Positions 9,812 to 18,564 of a stretch of 64,000 nucleotides of DNA are shown piece by piece. Origin of the DNA: an uncultured Armatimonadia bacterium (GTDB lineage: Bacteria > Armatimonadota > Zipacnadia > Zipacnadales > UBA11051); contig CAZUOJ010000005.1 in assembly GCA_964622325.1 (NCBI GenBank), forward strand, positions 583-64,582. The letters run 5' to 3'. The notes below the pieces were generated by a model. The model made no database searches. It was not told where the DNA came from and saw only the letters and a list, made by a program, of their open reading frames with translations. How positions within the stretch are numbered: the stretch's first letter is position 1; each line of letters opens with the position of its first letter. Made by a program: the position numbers and the translations under genes.

Positions 9812-12800
9812 ATGCGAGGAATGAAGGACAGCATGATAGGATTTGTGGCTTTTGCTCTGGCATTAGCGAACATCGTATGGGGGCAGGCGCTTTCGCTTTC
9901 GCCACAGCCGAAAGGCGCGCCGGGAGAATATATCGCTGTGCCGCTATTGCCCGCGTGGGCGCACATTGTCAACAGGGCGGGACAAGCGCAGGCTGTGACG
10001 ACATGTTCGCCCGAGATGGCGCGTGCGCAATATGGGGGCTATCCGTCCGCCGGCGTGCCGCAAGAAGGGAAATTAGAATGGAGGCTGGCGGGAAATATAC
10101 AGGGCTCCTTTTATGTGTATTTTCTCGTGCGGACAGGGCATCAATTGGGATACGAATATCTCCATGCATATATTGGGGAGCTGCAGGGACGTCCGATAGA
10201 AATGCAATTAGAAGCGGAATTCCCGCCGCTGCGTGTCTTTCATAGCGCGCAGGGGGGCTGGGGCCATGATATAGGATGGCTGCGCTCAGCGCATCCTTTA
10301 CAGCTGCAGCCGGGCCAGCGCCTGACGCTGAGCTGCACAGAGCCGTATGCATATGTGTCGCTGTGCCTGCTAGTGCCGGCCGCGGTGCAGCCGCGGCCGG
10401 CTTTACGGGAGCTTTTGCGCGTGCTTCATTTTCAGCTTGAAGATTATCGTTTGCTGAGGCAGCGCGTGGGGGAAATATTCCCGGATTTGCAAAAGATATG
10501 TGAACAGATGCAGCGCGAATGGCAGGAGCCCTGCCGCCAATTCACACGCTTTCAAAAGGCGCTGCTCCGGGCTTCCGAAAAAAGGCTGGACGGGCCACAA
10601 CAGGCAGAAGCCCTTCAGGCTTTATCTGAAATCCTAAAAAATTTGCATGAGAGCGTTAAGCGCGCGGAAGAAGCCAATGTCCGTCTCCTGGGGCCCGCTT
10701 TAGCCCGAAAACGCCAGGAGCTGTGGATTCGCGAGGCAAAATTGCGTCTGCTTCCGGCCCAAGATTTTGCGGGCCGGGAGGCCGAATATGCCCGCAGCGT
10801 CGCACAGCGATATTTGCAGGCGGCGGAACGCCTCCGTACGCCCCGGACAGAAGAGGCCTTAGAAAGGTTGGCGACATATTGCTGGCGAGCCGCAGAGTTT
10901 TTAGCCCAGGCGGAAGAAAAACGACAAAGAGCCCCGAAAGAGCCCTCGCGTGCTGTGGCGAAGGCTTTTGTTCCTCCTCTGAAGCCTCATCCGCGGCAAA
11001 AAGTGCTGCTGAACGGCGTGTGGGAGCTGAGTCTGGAGGGCACAGCAGAAGCGCCGCCGCAAGGGGGCTGGCTTCCTGTGCCTGTGCCCCATGGGGATTT
11101 GAAGCAGGCGATGGGGCATTTTGTGACAGAGGGGCATTATTGGCCGCCCCGAAAAAATAGCGTGTGGCTGCGGACACGCTTTACAGTGCCGAAAGAAATG
11201 GCTGGGGGCGCTATTTTTTTATGTTTTGACGCCGTGTTTCATCTTTGCGAGGCTTATGTGAATGGCGTGTTTGTAGGCCGACATATCGGCGGCTTTGATC
11301 GATTTGAATTTGAGATTACGCCGTATGTGCAGCCAGGGGCAGAGGCGGAGCTTTTGTGCTATCTATATGACACATCCTACACAGCGCTTTCCCCCTCGCC
11401 GCTAATCAGCATCCGGGCGGGCTTTGCTGAAGCATTGCAGAAATCCTCGTGGCTGCAAATTCGGAAATACGAAGGCTGGCTGGCCGAGCCCAATCATTAT
11501 GTTGTGTCTGATTTGTGGGGCGGGCATTTTCTGGGCATCTGGCAGGATGTGTCCTTAGAGTCACGGGCGCCCGTGTGGACAGAAGAAGTGCTGATTATGC
11601 CTTCAGTGCGTCAGCATATGCTTCGTGTGCGGACACGCCTGCAGGCGCTGCCGGCGCGTGCCAAAACAAAGCCACATTGTGCTATTCTCCTTCGCCAAGA
11701 AGTATTGACGGAGGACGGGCAAATAGTGTTGCGGCTGCCGGAACGGAAGGCAAAGCTTGCAGCAGAGCCTGTGTGGCTGATGACGCAAAAAGCGTGGGCC
11801 CATCCGAAGTTATGGGGCATCGGGGGCGTCTATGGAGAGCCACAGAATCTGTATATTTTGCGCACGCGACTGTATGTAGAAGGGCAAGGGGAGCCCATAG
11901 ATGTGCGCTACGATCGCTTTGGCTTTCGGGAATTCTGGATCGAAAAAGGGCAATTTTGGCTCAATGGCCAGCGATTGCCGCTGCAAGGAGGAGGCAGCTG
12001 GTATCTGCAAGAAAGCAAATTGCCTCATGGAAATCGCTGGTGGGCGTTGCGTTTTTATGGCTTAGAGCGCGGGATGAATGTGAATATTGAGCGCTGGCAC
12101 AGGCAGGGGGATGTGGGCGGAGATTTGCTGGCTGTCGCCGATGAGCTGGGAATGCTTAATGAGCTGGAAGCGCCGTATTGGGGCGTATATGGGATTCCGG
12201 ATATTATCGGACGCGAGGATTGGGATGATCCTGTATGGACGGAAAATGTCACAGGCTATTATCAGCATCTTGTGCGCAAGCGTTTCAATCATCCCAGCGT
12301 TGTCTTATGGTCCGTGGAAAATGAAACATTCATTGCGCCCGTACGGCCCGAGCATATGCTGCGACGCTTTTTTGCATTCGGCCAGGCGATTAAACAGGAA
12401 GATCCCACACGGCCTGTTACATATCACGCTATTGCCAACGGAGGCTATGTTCAATCATATCCGGAAATAGAGATTGTCAATTGGCATTATGCCTCTTTAG
12501 AGCAGCTGCGGGACTGGCAAAGAAAATGGGGCGGGCGGCCCTGTATTTTGGGAGAATTTCAGAATTATGAATTGCTGGGATATCTGCTGAATAATCGGCG
12601 GGATGTGGCCAGGGAATACATGGGCAAACTGCAAGCGTGGATAGAAGAAACATGGCAGGCGCACAAGGAGATCGGGCTGTCCGGAGCGCTGTATTTTCTG
12701 CCGTACACGGCGGGCTTAGTGAGCACGGCGCGGCCGGAATGGATGGGGCCCTGGGGAGATAAGCTGGAGCCTGTGGAAAAAGCGCGCGTCATCGAATCGG

Positions 12801-13285
12801 GCCTGGATAAGGGCCGTGCCGTAATTTATGCGAAAGTGCCCATTTTGTGGCCCAGCCGCTCGGGCCCAGGCATCAAATGTGATTTTTTGCACACAGGCCT
12901 CGGGCATGTTTCGCTGATTAATTGGTTTGATCCCAAGCGGCCTGCCGCCACGCCCACGCCTGTGGCAGAGACATTGCGGCGTTGCTGGCAGCCTATGCCC
13001 GAACTAAGCGCAGAAACAGCCCCGGAAGTTATTGTAACAGTAACAAGCGGCGGACAGCCCGCCCCAGGCCTTCCTGTTGTGGCTATTCCCGTCGCGGGCC
13101 AGCCGGCTTCCATCACAGGCGCCATAACAGATTCCGCTGGAACTGCGTGGCTTGTGCTGCCCGCCACAGGCGCTTATGAAATTCGCTGCGGCAGCCAGGC
13201 GGTGCGCTGGGAAGCCCGCCGCCTGTCCCGTCACGCGCCGCCGGGCTGGGCGCATATCCCGCGGCTGTCCCTGGCGCTGGATTAG
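9812..13285 (+). CDS. Secreted glycoside hydrolase family 2 protein with a long N-terminal extension
   Basis: LNGVW and FDAVFHLCEAYVNGVFVGRHIGGF (GH2 sugar-binding domain), RFGFREFWIEKGQFWLNG, NHPSVVLWSVENE (acid/base) and ILGEF (nucleophile). The true start could be a few codons downstream. Confidence 0.85.
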   Translation: MRGMKDSMIGFVAFALALANIVWGQALSLSPQPKGAPGEYIAVPLLPAWAHIVNRAGQAQAVTTCSPEMARAQYGGYPSAGVPQEGKLEWRLAGNIQGSFYVYFLVRTGHQLGYEYLHAYIGELQGRPIEMQLEAEFPPLRVFHSAQGGWGHDIGWLRSAHPLQLQPGQRLTLSCTEPYAYVSLCLLVPAAVQPRPALRELLRVLHFQLEDYRLLRQRVGEIFPDLQKICEQMQREWQEPCRQFTRFQKALLRASEKRLDGPQQAEALQALSEILKNLHESVKRAEEANVRLLGPALARKRQELWIREAKLRLLPAQDFAGREAEYARSVAQRYLQAAERLRTPRTEEALERLATYCWRAAEFLAQAEEKRQRAPKEPSRAVAKAFVPPLKPHPRQKVLLNGVWELSLEGTAEAPPQGGWLPVPVPHGDLKQAMGHFVTEGHYWPPRKNSVWLRTRFTVPKEMAGGAIFLCFDAVFHLCEAYVNGVFVGRHIGGFDRFEFEITPYVQPGAEAELLCYLYDTSYTALSPSPLISIRAGFAEALQKSSWLQIRKYEGWLAEPNHYVVSDLWGGHFLGIWQDVSLESRAPVWTEEVLIMPSVRQHMLRVRTRLQALPARAKTKPHCAILLRQEVLTEDGQIVLRLPERKAKLAAEPVWLMTQKAWAHPKLWGIGGVYGEPQNLYILRTRLYVEGQGEPIDVRYDRFGFREFWIEKGQFWLNGQRLPLQGGGSWYLQESKLPHGNRWWALRFYGLERGMNVNIERWHRQGDVGGDLLAVADELGMLNELEAPYWGVYGIPDIIGREDWDDPVWTENVTGYYQHLVRKRFNHPSVVLWSVENETFIAPVRPEHMLRRFFAFGQAIKQEDPTRPVTYHAIANGGYVQSYPEIEIVNWHYASLEQLRDWQRKWGGRPCILGEFQNYELLGYLLNNRRDVAREYMGKLQAWIEETWQAHKEIGLSGALYFLPYTAGLVSTARPEWMGPWGDKLEPVEKARVIESGLDKGRAVIYAKVPILWPSRSGPGIKCDFLHTGLGHVSLINWFDPKRPAATPTPVAETLRRCWQPMPELSAETAPEVIVTVTSGGQPAPGLPVVAIPVAGQPASITGAITDSAGTAWLVLPATGAYEIRCGSQAVRWEARRLSRHAPPGWAHIPRLSLALD

Positions 13286-13459
13286 CCTGAAGCAAAGGCT
13301 GCGGAAAAGCCTAAAGAGCAAAGATGGATAAGGAAAGAATGAATGTACATACGCAAAAATGCAAATTGTGTCTACAGAGCCAGCAAAAGCAGGCGAGCAA
13401 AAGCTGATTTTTAGTTCCATCTCAAAAGCGTACATCCCAAAACAAAGGGGCGATGGGAA

Positions 13460-15379
13460 ATGTCATCAGAATTGTGGCAATGGGGGATTATTGCGCTGCT
13501 TATAGGAGGAGGGCTTCTGGGCAGCCAATACAGCCTCGAAGCGCAACAGCTTCCGCCGGGCTTCGTTGATCATGGGCCTGTGGCTCCTGTAGGCATGTCC
13601 GCTTGGGGCGGGACATGGGCTACGGCTGATAAGGAGGGCCGCCGCCTTGTGTTCATCAAGCTTTGGGCAGGCGGCAACAGCTCCTATTTGTTCGTGGAGG
13701 CGCAGACGGGCAAAACAGAACAAATCAATCCCGGAATTGGCGGATTAGGGGCTTATCTCGTGCAGCTTTCTTCTAACAACAAAATCTATGACACGATGGG
13801 AGAATGGCTGCTGGAAATTGATGTGCCCACACGGGAAATTCGGCGAATTGGCAAAATCCCCTCCGGGATGGCTCTGTCGTTTTTATTGTCGCCGGAGGGA
13901 ATCCTCTATGCGGGCATCTATCCCAGCGCCACATTAATTTCCTTCAATCCCAAAACAGGCGAATATCGGAATCACGGTCCGCTGAATCAGGAGGAATGGC
14001 CGCAATATTTGCGGCCGTTGGCGCTGGATAATCAGGGCTGGCTGTATGGCGGCATTGCCATCAAGGCTGCGCAGATTGTGGGCTACAATCTGCAGACAGG
14101 GGAAAAGCGGACATATATTCCTGAGGCGCAGAGGAGAAATGGCGGGGGGAATGTATATCAGGGCGTGGATGGGAATGTGTATGCAGAGGCGCCGGGCTGG
14201 GGCTGGCATAGACTCTCGGGGGGAGAGTGTGTGAAAGTGGATAAGCCCGCAGCGCGCGCCCCCAGCCGCGCTCCGGATGTTTTTCCAGACGGCGCCCGGC
14301 TTGTGAGGGCGGATGTGCCGAATCGGACGCTGTATATCATGGAGCCGGGCGGGCAAGAGCCTGTGCGTGTGCGATTTGAATATCAAAGCCCGGGCGTGCT
14401 GATTTATTCGCTGGTCGCAGGCCCTGAGGGGAAGATTTACGGGGCGACAGGCGCGCCCTTGCGGATCTGGCGCTTTGATCCCGCCAGTGGGCAAATAGAA
14501 AATTGGGGGCTGGGGGATCATGGCGGACATGTGAATCAGTGGGTGCGGCAAGGCAATAAGCTATACGGGGGCGTGTATAGCTCGGGCTCCTTAATTGAGC
14601 TGGATCCCACACAGCCTATTGAGGACGCGCCCATACGGGAAAGCAAAAATCCGCGTCATGTGCATGGCTTTGAATATGGCTTCGGGGGGAATCCGGATAT
14701 GTTTGGGCGGCCGCATGCGCTTTTGGCTCATCCCGACGGCCGCCATGTGATTATGGGCGGCAATCCGGCGCGGGCGCGTGTGGGCGGCGGGCTGCTCATT
14801 TATGATGTTCAGACGGGCGAATCCAGCGTGCTGAAGCCGGAAGAGCTTGTGCCAGATCAGGGGATTTATGCCTTAGCGGCGCTGCCAGATGGAGATTTGA
14901 TTGTAGGCACAACAATAGAAGCCGCGACAGGCGGGCAAACTGTCGCCAGAGAGGCTTTGCTGTATCGGCTGGATTGGGACACAAAACGCGTCATTGGACG
15001 CTGGCCCCTCAAGCCGCGAGCGGCGGCCGTGCGGGATCTTCTCGTGGGGCAGGAGGGGCTCGTCTATGGGCTGGCCACAGGCAATCGCTTCTTTGTGTTT
15101 GATCCCCAAACGGAGCGCTTTGTGCATGATGAAATCGTGGAAGCTTATGGGGCTTTGACGGGCAGCCAGGCGCCACGCACAATGGCTTTTGGGCCTGACG
15201 GGGGCATTTATGTGCTGTTTCGGGAGGCCGTTGCCCGTTTTGATCCGAAGACATTCGCCCATCGGGAAATTGCCCGGCCGGGCGTGTCCATTACGGCCGG
15301 AATTGTCATTCACAATAATCGGCTGTATTTTGCCGCTGGGCCGCGGCTAATGAGCTATGATTTGGGGCAAGCCCGTTAG
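13460..15379 (+). CDS. Secreted double beta-propeller protein of unknown function
   Basis: Signal peptide and repeated blade motifs (SPEGILYAGIY, DNQGWLYGG, GPEGKIYGAT, GQEGLVYGL, GPDGGIYV). Confidence 0.7.
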   Translation: MSSELWQWGIIALLIGGGLLGSQYSLEAQQLPPGFVDHGPVAPVGMSAWGGTWATADKEGRRLVFIKLWAGGNSSYLFVEAQTGKTEQINPGIGGLGAYLVQLSSNNKIYDTMGEWLLEIDVPTREIRRIGKIPSGMALSFLLSPEGILYAGIYPSATLISFNPKTGEYRNHGPLNQEEWPQYLRPLALDNQGWLYGGIAIKAAQIVGYNLQTGEKRTYIPEAQRRNGGGNVYQGVDGNVYAEAPGWGWHRLSGGECVKVDKPAARAPSRAPDVFPDGARLVRADVPNRTLYIMEPGGQEPVRVRFEYQSPGVLIYSLVAGPEGKIYGATGAPLRIWRFDPASGQIENWGLGDHGGHVNQWVRQGNKLYGGVYSSGSLIELDPTQPIEDAPIRESKNPRHVHGFEYGFGGNPDMFGRPHALLAHPDGRHVIMGGNPARARVGGGLLIYDVQTGESSVLKPEELVPDQGIYALAALPDGDLIVGTTIEAATGGQTVAREALLYRLDWDTKRVIGRWPLKPRAAAVRDLLVGQEGLVYGLATGNRFFVFDPQTERFVHDEIVEAYGALTGSQAPRTMAFGPDGGIYVLFREAVARFDPKTFAHREIARPGVSITAGIVIHNNRLYFAAGPRLMSYDLGQAR

Positions 15380-15465
15380 GGCTATGGGGAAAACGAGGCC
15401 ACATGCCTCAACGCTTTGGGCATTCTTTTTCGTAAATCTTAAAGCGAAGGAGATTAGCATTCATA

Positions 15466-18204
15466 ATGAGCCGAAGCATATGGATTTTTTTTGTGGAGCT
15501 GGGGATTGCCGCGCTCAGCTGGAGTCAAGCGCCGCCCGTTGTGTTCAACGCGGGCTTTGAGGAAGGGCAGGATAAGCCAGAGGGCTGGAGCTGGCGCCTC
15601 GGCGAAGAGGGGCAGGGAGAATTTGAATGGACAGAGCGGCTTTCGCATTCGGGACGAAAATCTTTCCGCGTCAAATTTGTCGGTCCCGTGGGCTACACGG
15701 CGCTGGATAGCAGCGATATTGAAGTGACGCCGGGCAAAACATATCGCATCTCCGCCTGGATTTATCCTGCCCGGCCCGTGCGGCGGGGCGTATATTTTAT
15801 GATTTCGCAATACAAGCCGAACGCCCCAAGCGAAGATTTGCCCAATACATTTGGCGCCACAAACGCGGTGTTTGCCCCGCAAATGTGGCAGCCCATTACA
15901 GTCACAGTCTCTGTGCGCGCGGGAAATAATCGGCTGCGGATTCATTGCATTCAAGCGCTGGCGTCGTCCGAAATTTATTGGGATGATTTTACGATACAGG
16001 AAGAAACACAGGAGGAAAAGCCGCGTTATGAGCCGCCGCCGCTGGAGGAGGTGCCGCCGCTTACGCCGGAGCTGCGCGCGCATCTGGCGCGACGCCCGCG
16101 CGCGACAGCTAAAATTGAAGGGCGGGGCGCTCGCCCGCGGCTGATTGTAGATGGCAAGCCGTTGCCTTTTGCCTGGCATGTATGCGCTTTCGGCGGGCCC
16201 GCTTTCTTTGAGCGGGCGCATGTGCGAGATTTCAAGGAGGCCGGGGTGCGGATTCATCTGGCGCCGCTTGTGCTGGGCAATGGCCTGTATGGCGCCCGCG
16301 GGCCGTGGCTGGGCCACAAGCAATATGATTTTTCCGTTGTGGATGAAATCCTGTGGCGCGTGCTCCGTGTAGATCCTGACGGCTATGTGATTTTTTATAT
16401 GTGCTGCGATCCGTATCCGGAATGGGGCAAAGAGAATCTGGAACATGTCACAGAAGATCAAAACGGCCAGAAGGCGATTGTGTGGATGCATCCGCTCCGT
16501 TGGGGCGGAGAGCCGGGCCCAAATGAGCGTTATGGGCCCAGCATTGTCTCCTTAAAGCTGCGGGAGGATGTGGCGGAGACATTGCGCCGGCTAGTGCGTC
16601 ATGTCGAAAGCAGCGAAGCAGGCAAAGCTGTCATTGGCTATCATGTGGCAGGCTTTAATGATGGGCAATGGTTCCAGTGGGCTTCTTTGGATCCTTCAGA
16701 TTTGCATCTGGCGGATTATTGTCCAGGCGCGCAGGAAGCTTTTGGCCAATGGCTCCGGGCACGCGGCAAGAAGCCTGCGCCCGTGCCGCCCGCGGATATG
16801 CTGTGGAATGAGCGTGTGTTTGTGGATCCGCAAACGGAGTCGCTTGTGGCGGATTATCAGCGTTTTTATTCGGAGGGCGTGGCGGAAAACATCATGGCGC
16901 TGGCCCGTGTGCTGAAACAGGAAAGCAAGCGGCCCATTATCTGCGGGACCTATTATGAGGACATCACATGCAACAGCGCCAATCACATCGCCCTGGGGCG
17001 CTTTTTACAGTCCGAGGCGCTGGATTATCTGGCAGGGCCGGCGGCCTACAATATCCGGATGGCGGGCTATCAGGGGGCTGTACGGAATGTATTTGGCTCC
17101 ACGCTTCTGCATGGCAAGATGTATCTGACAGAGCAGGATTGGCGGTCGTGGCGCTCCTATCCCAATACGCCGGAGCAGAATTTCGCGTGGGGGCGGGCGG
17201 AGACAGCCGAAATCCATAACGCGATGGTGCGGCGAGAATGCGGGATGATGCTGGCCTTCGGATTAGGCACATGGTGGTACGATATGGGCGGAGGATGGTT
17301 CAGTGATCCCCATATCATGGCCGGCATTGCGGAAGCGGTGCGCGCTTTCACACAGGAGCTTGCGGATAAGGATAGTCCGCAAGCGGATCTGGCCGTGATT
17401 GTTTCTGAAGAAAGCGATAGCTATGTGCGAATGCGCTACGGAGGGCAATATCGTTATCAGGGGATTGTGCGGCAGATCGAGGAGCTGAATACAGCGGGCG
17501 TGCCTTATCGGCTGTATTTGCAGTCTGATCTGGGACGTGTGTCACTGCCTGAACATAAAGCCTATCTGTTTTTGAATCCGTATGTGATTACAGCTGAACA
17601 GCGCCGTGCCCTTGAAAGCCTCAAGCGAGACGGGAAATTGCTGGCCTTTGTCCACGCCCCGGGCTTGATCGGGGCCGCTAATCCCGCGCAGACAGCTTCA
17701 GCCTTTACAGGAATAGCGCTGGCGCCCCTGTCCAGTCCGCCGCCTTCGCCTCCGCTGGCTATCAATCCCCATCATCCTCTGCTGGCGGGGCTGGAGGAAG
17801 AGGCGTTAATGACGCCGACAGCGCCAGCTGAGGCGCTGCAAGTCGTGGATCCGCAGGCCTCGCCTTTAGCGTTCTATGCGCGGAGTTCGGCCGTGGGCTG
17901 CGCGGCGCGGGATTTTGGCCGCTGGAAAAGTGTGTTCATCGGCAGCCCGGGCATTAGCGCCGGCTTTGCCCATAATCTGGCCCGCTGGGCAGGCTGCTGG
18001 ATAGCCGCGGCGCCGGGAGACGCCGTTTACGCCAGCCAGCATTTTCTCACAATCCATGCGCTCTTTCCCGGGCATAAGATTTTGCGGCTGAAACAGCCGG
18101 CAAAAGTCACAGATTTAACGACAGGGCGCGTTATCGCCTCCCGCACTGCTACCTTAGAGCTGGAAATGCAGCGCGGAGAGACTCGCTGGTTCCGCCTGGA
18201 TTAG
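15466..18204 (+). CDS. Secreted GH42-like (beta-galactosidase-like) protein with an N-terminal CBM4/9-like domain
   Basis: Signal peptide. NAGFEEG...PEGW and VTPGKTYRISAW (CBM-like). Barrel motifs IGYHVAG, DYLAGPAAY and YLTEQDWRS. C-terminal class I glutamine-amidotransferase-like trimerisation region (GVPYRLYLQSDL). Confidence 0.6.
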   Translation: MSRSIWIFFVELGIAALSWSQAPPVVFNAGFEEGQDKPEGWSWRLGEEGQGEFEWTERLSHSGRKSFRVKFVGPVGYTALDSSDIEVTPGKTYRISAWIYPARPVRRGVYFMISQYKPNAPSEDLPNTFGATNAVFAPQMWQPITVTVSVRAGNNRLRIHCIQALASSEIYWDDFTIQEETQEEKPRYEPPPLEEVPPLTPELRAHLARRPRATAKIEGRGARPRLIVDGKPLPFAWHVCAFGGPAFFERAHVRDFKEAGVRIHLAPLVLGNGLYGARGPWLGHKQYDFSVVDEILWRVLRVDPDGYVIFYMCCDPYPEWGKENLEHVTEDQNGQKAIVWMHPLRWGGEPGPNERYGPSIVSLKLREDVAETLRRLVRHVESSEAGKAVIGYHVAGFNDGQWFQWASLDPSDLHLADYCPGAQEAFGQWLRARGKKPAPVPPADMLWNERVFVDPQTESLVADYQRFYSEGVAENIMALARVLKQESKRPIICGTYYEDITCNSANHIALGRFLQSEALDYLAGPAAYNIRMAGYQGAVRNVFGSTLLHGKMYLTEQDWRSWRSYPNTPEQNFAWGRAETAEIHNAMVRRECGMMLAFGLGTWWYDMGGGWFSDPHIMAGIAEAVRAFTQELADKDSPQADLAVIVSEESDSYVRMRYGGQYRYQGIVRQIEELNTAGVPYRLYLQSDLGRVSLPEHKAYLFLNPYVITAEQRRALESLKRDGKLLAFVHAPGLIGAANPAQTASAFTGIALAPLSSPPPSPPLAINPHHPLLAGLEEEALMTPTAPAEALQVVDPQASPLAFYARSSAVGCAARDFGRWKSVFIGSPGISAGFAHNLARWAGCWIAAAPGDAVYASQHFLTIHALFPGHKILRLKQPAKVTDLTTGRVIASRTATLELEMQRGETRWFRLD

Positions 18205-18564
18205 CCAGAGGCTTTCCCACATGATAAAAGCTGCAGTTCCGGCCGCAATTTTGTCGTCCAATCATCCGCAGGAGTGCGGGACCAGGACACATTAATGGCA
18301 ATCCTGCGCCGCGGAAAAATTTAGTTAAAGCATCAGCAAGCAAACACGGCCGTCTTCTGGATATACACAATAACACAAAAAATAGAGTTTGATTTTTGAT
18401 TTTCTCCACACAAAAAGGCAAAGCAAAAAGGAAGAGAGAATATGTAGAAAAAGCCGTTATTAAAAGAAAGCAAGAGCATATTGAGCTGAAGCTATCCAAG
18501 AGCGAAAGCGAAGGGACACAGGCAATTCTCTTGTCTTTGAAAAATTTCCCACAAGGAGGGCTAG

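Noticed and set aside
13286-13459. Recurrent AGCAAAAG-like words in intergenic leaders as a shared operator
   Set aside because: Explained by the general A-richness of spacers, with no consistent spacing or symmetry.
15454-16491. 345-aa minus-strand ORF
   Set aside because: Antisense shadow of the GH42-like gene.
18205-18564. 360-bp A-rich spacer and its ORF 18396-18665 as a small gene or sRNA
   Set aside because: Low-complexity purine-rich sequence like other spacers in the window, with no stable structure or coding signal.
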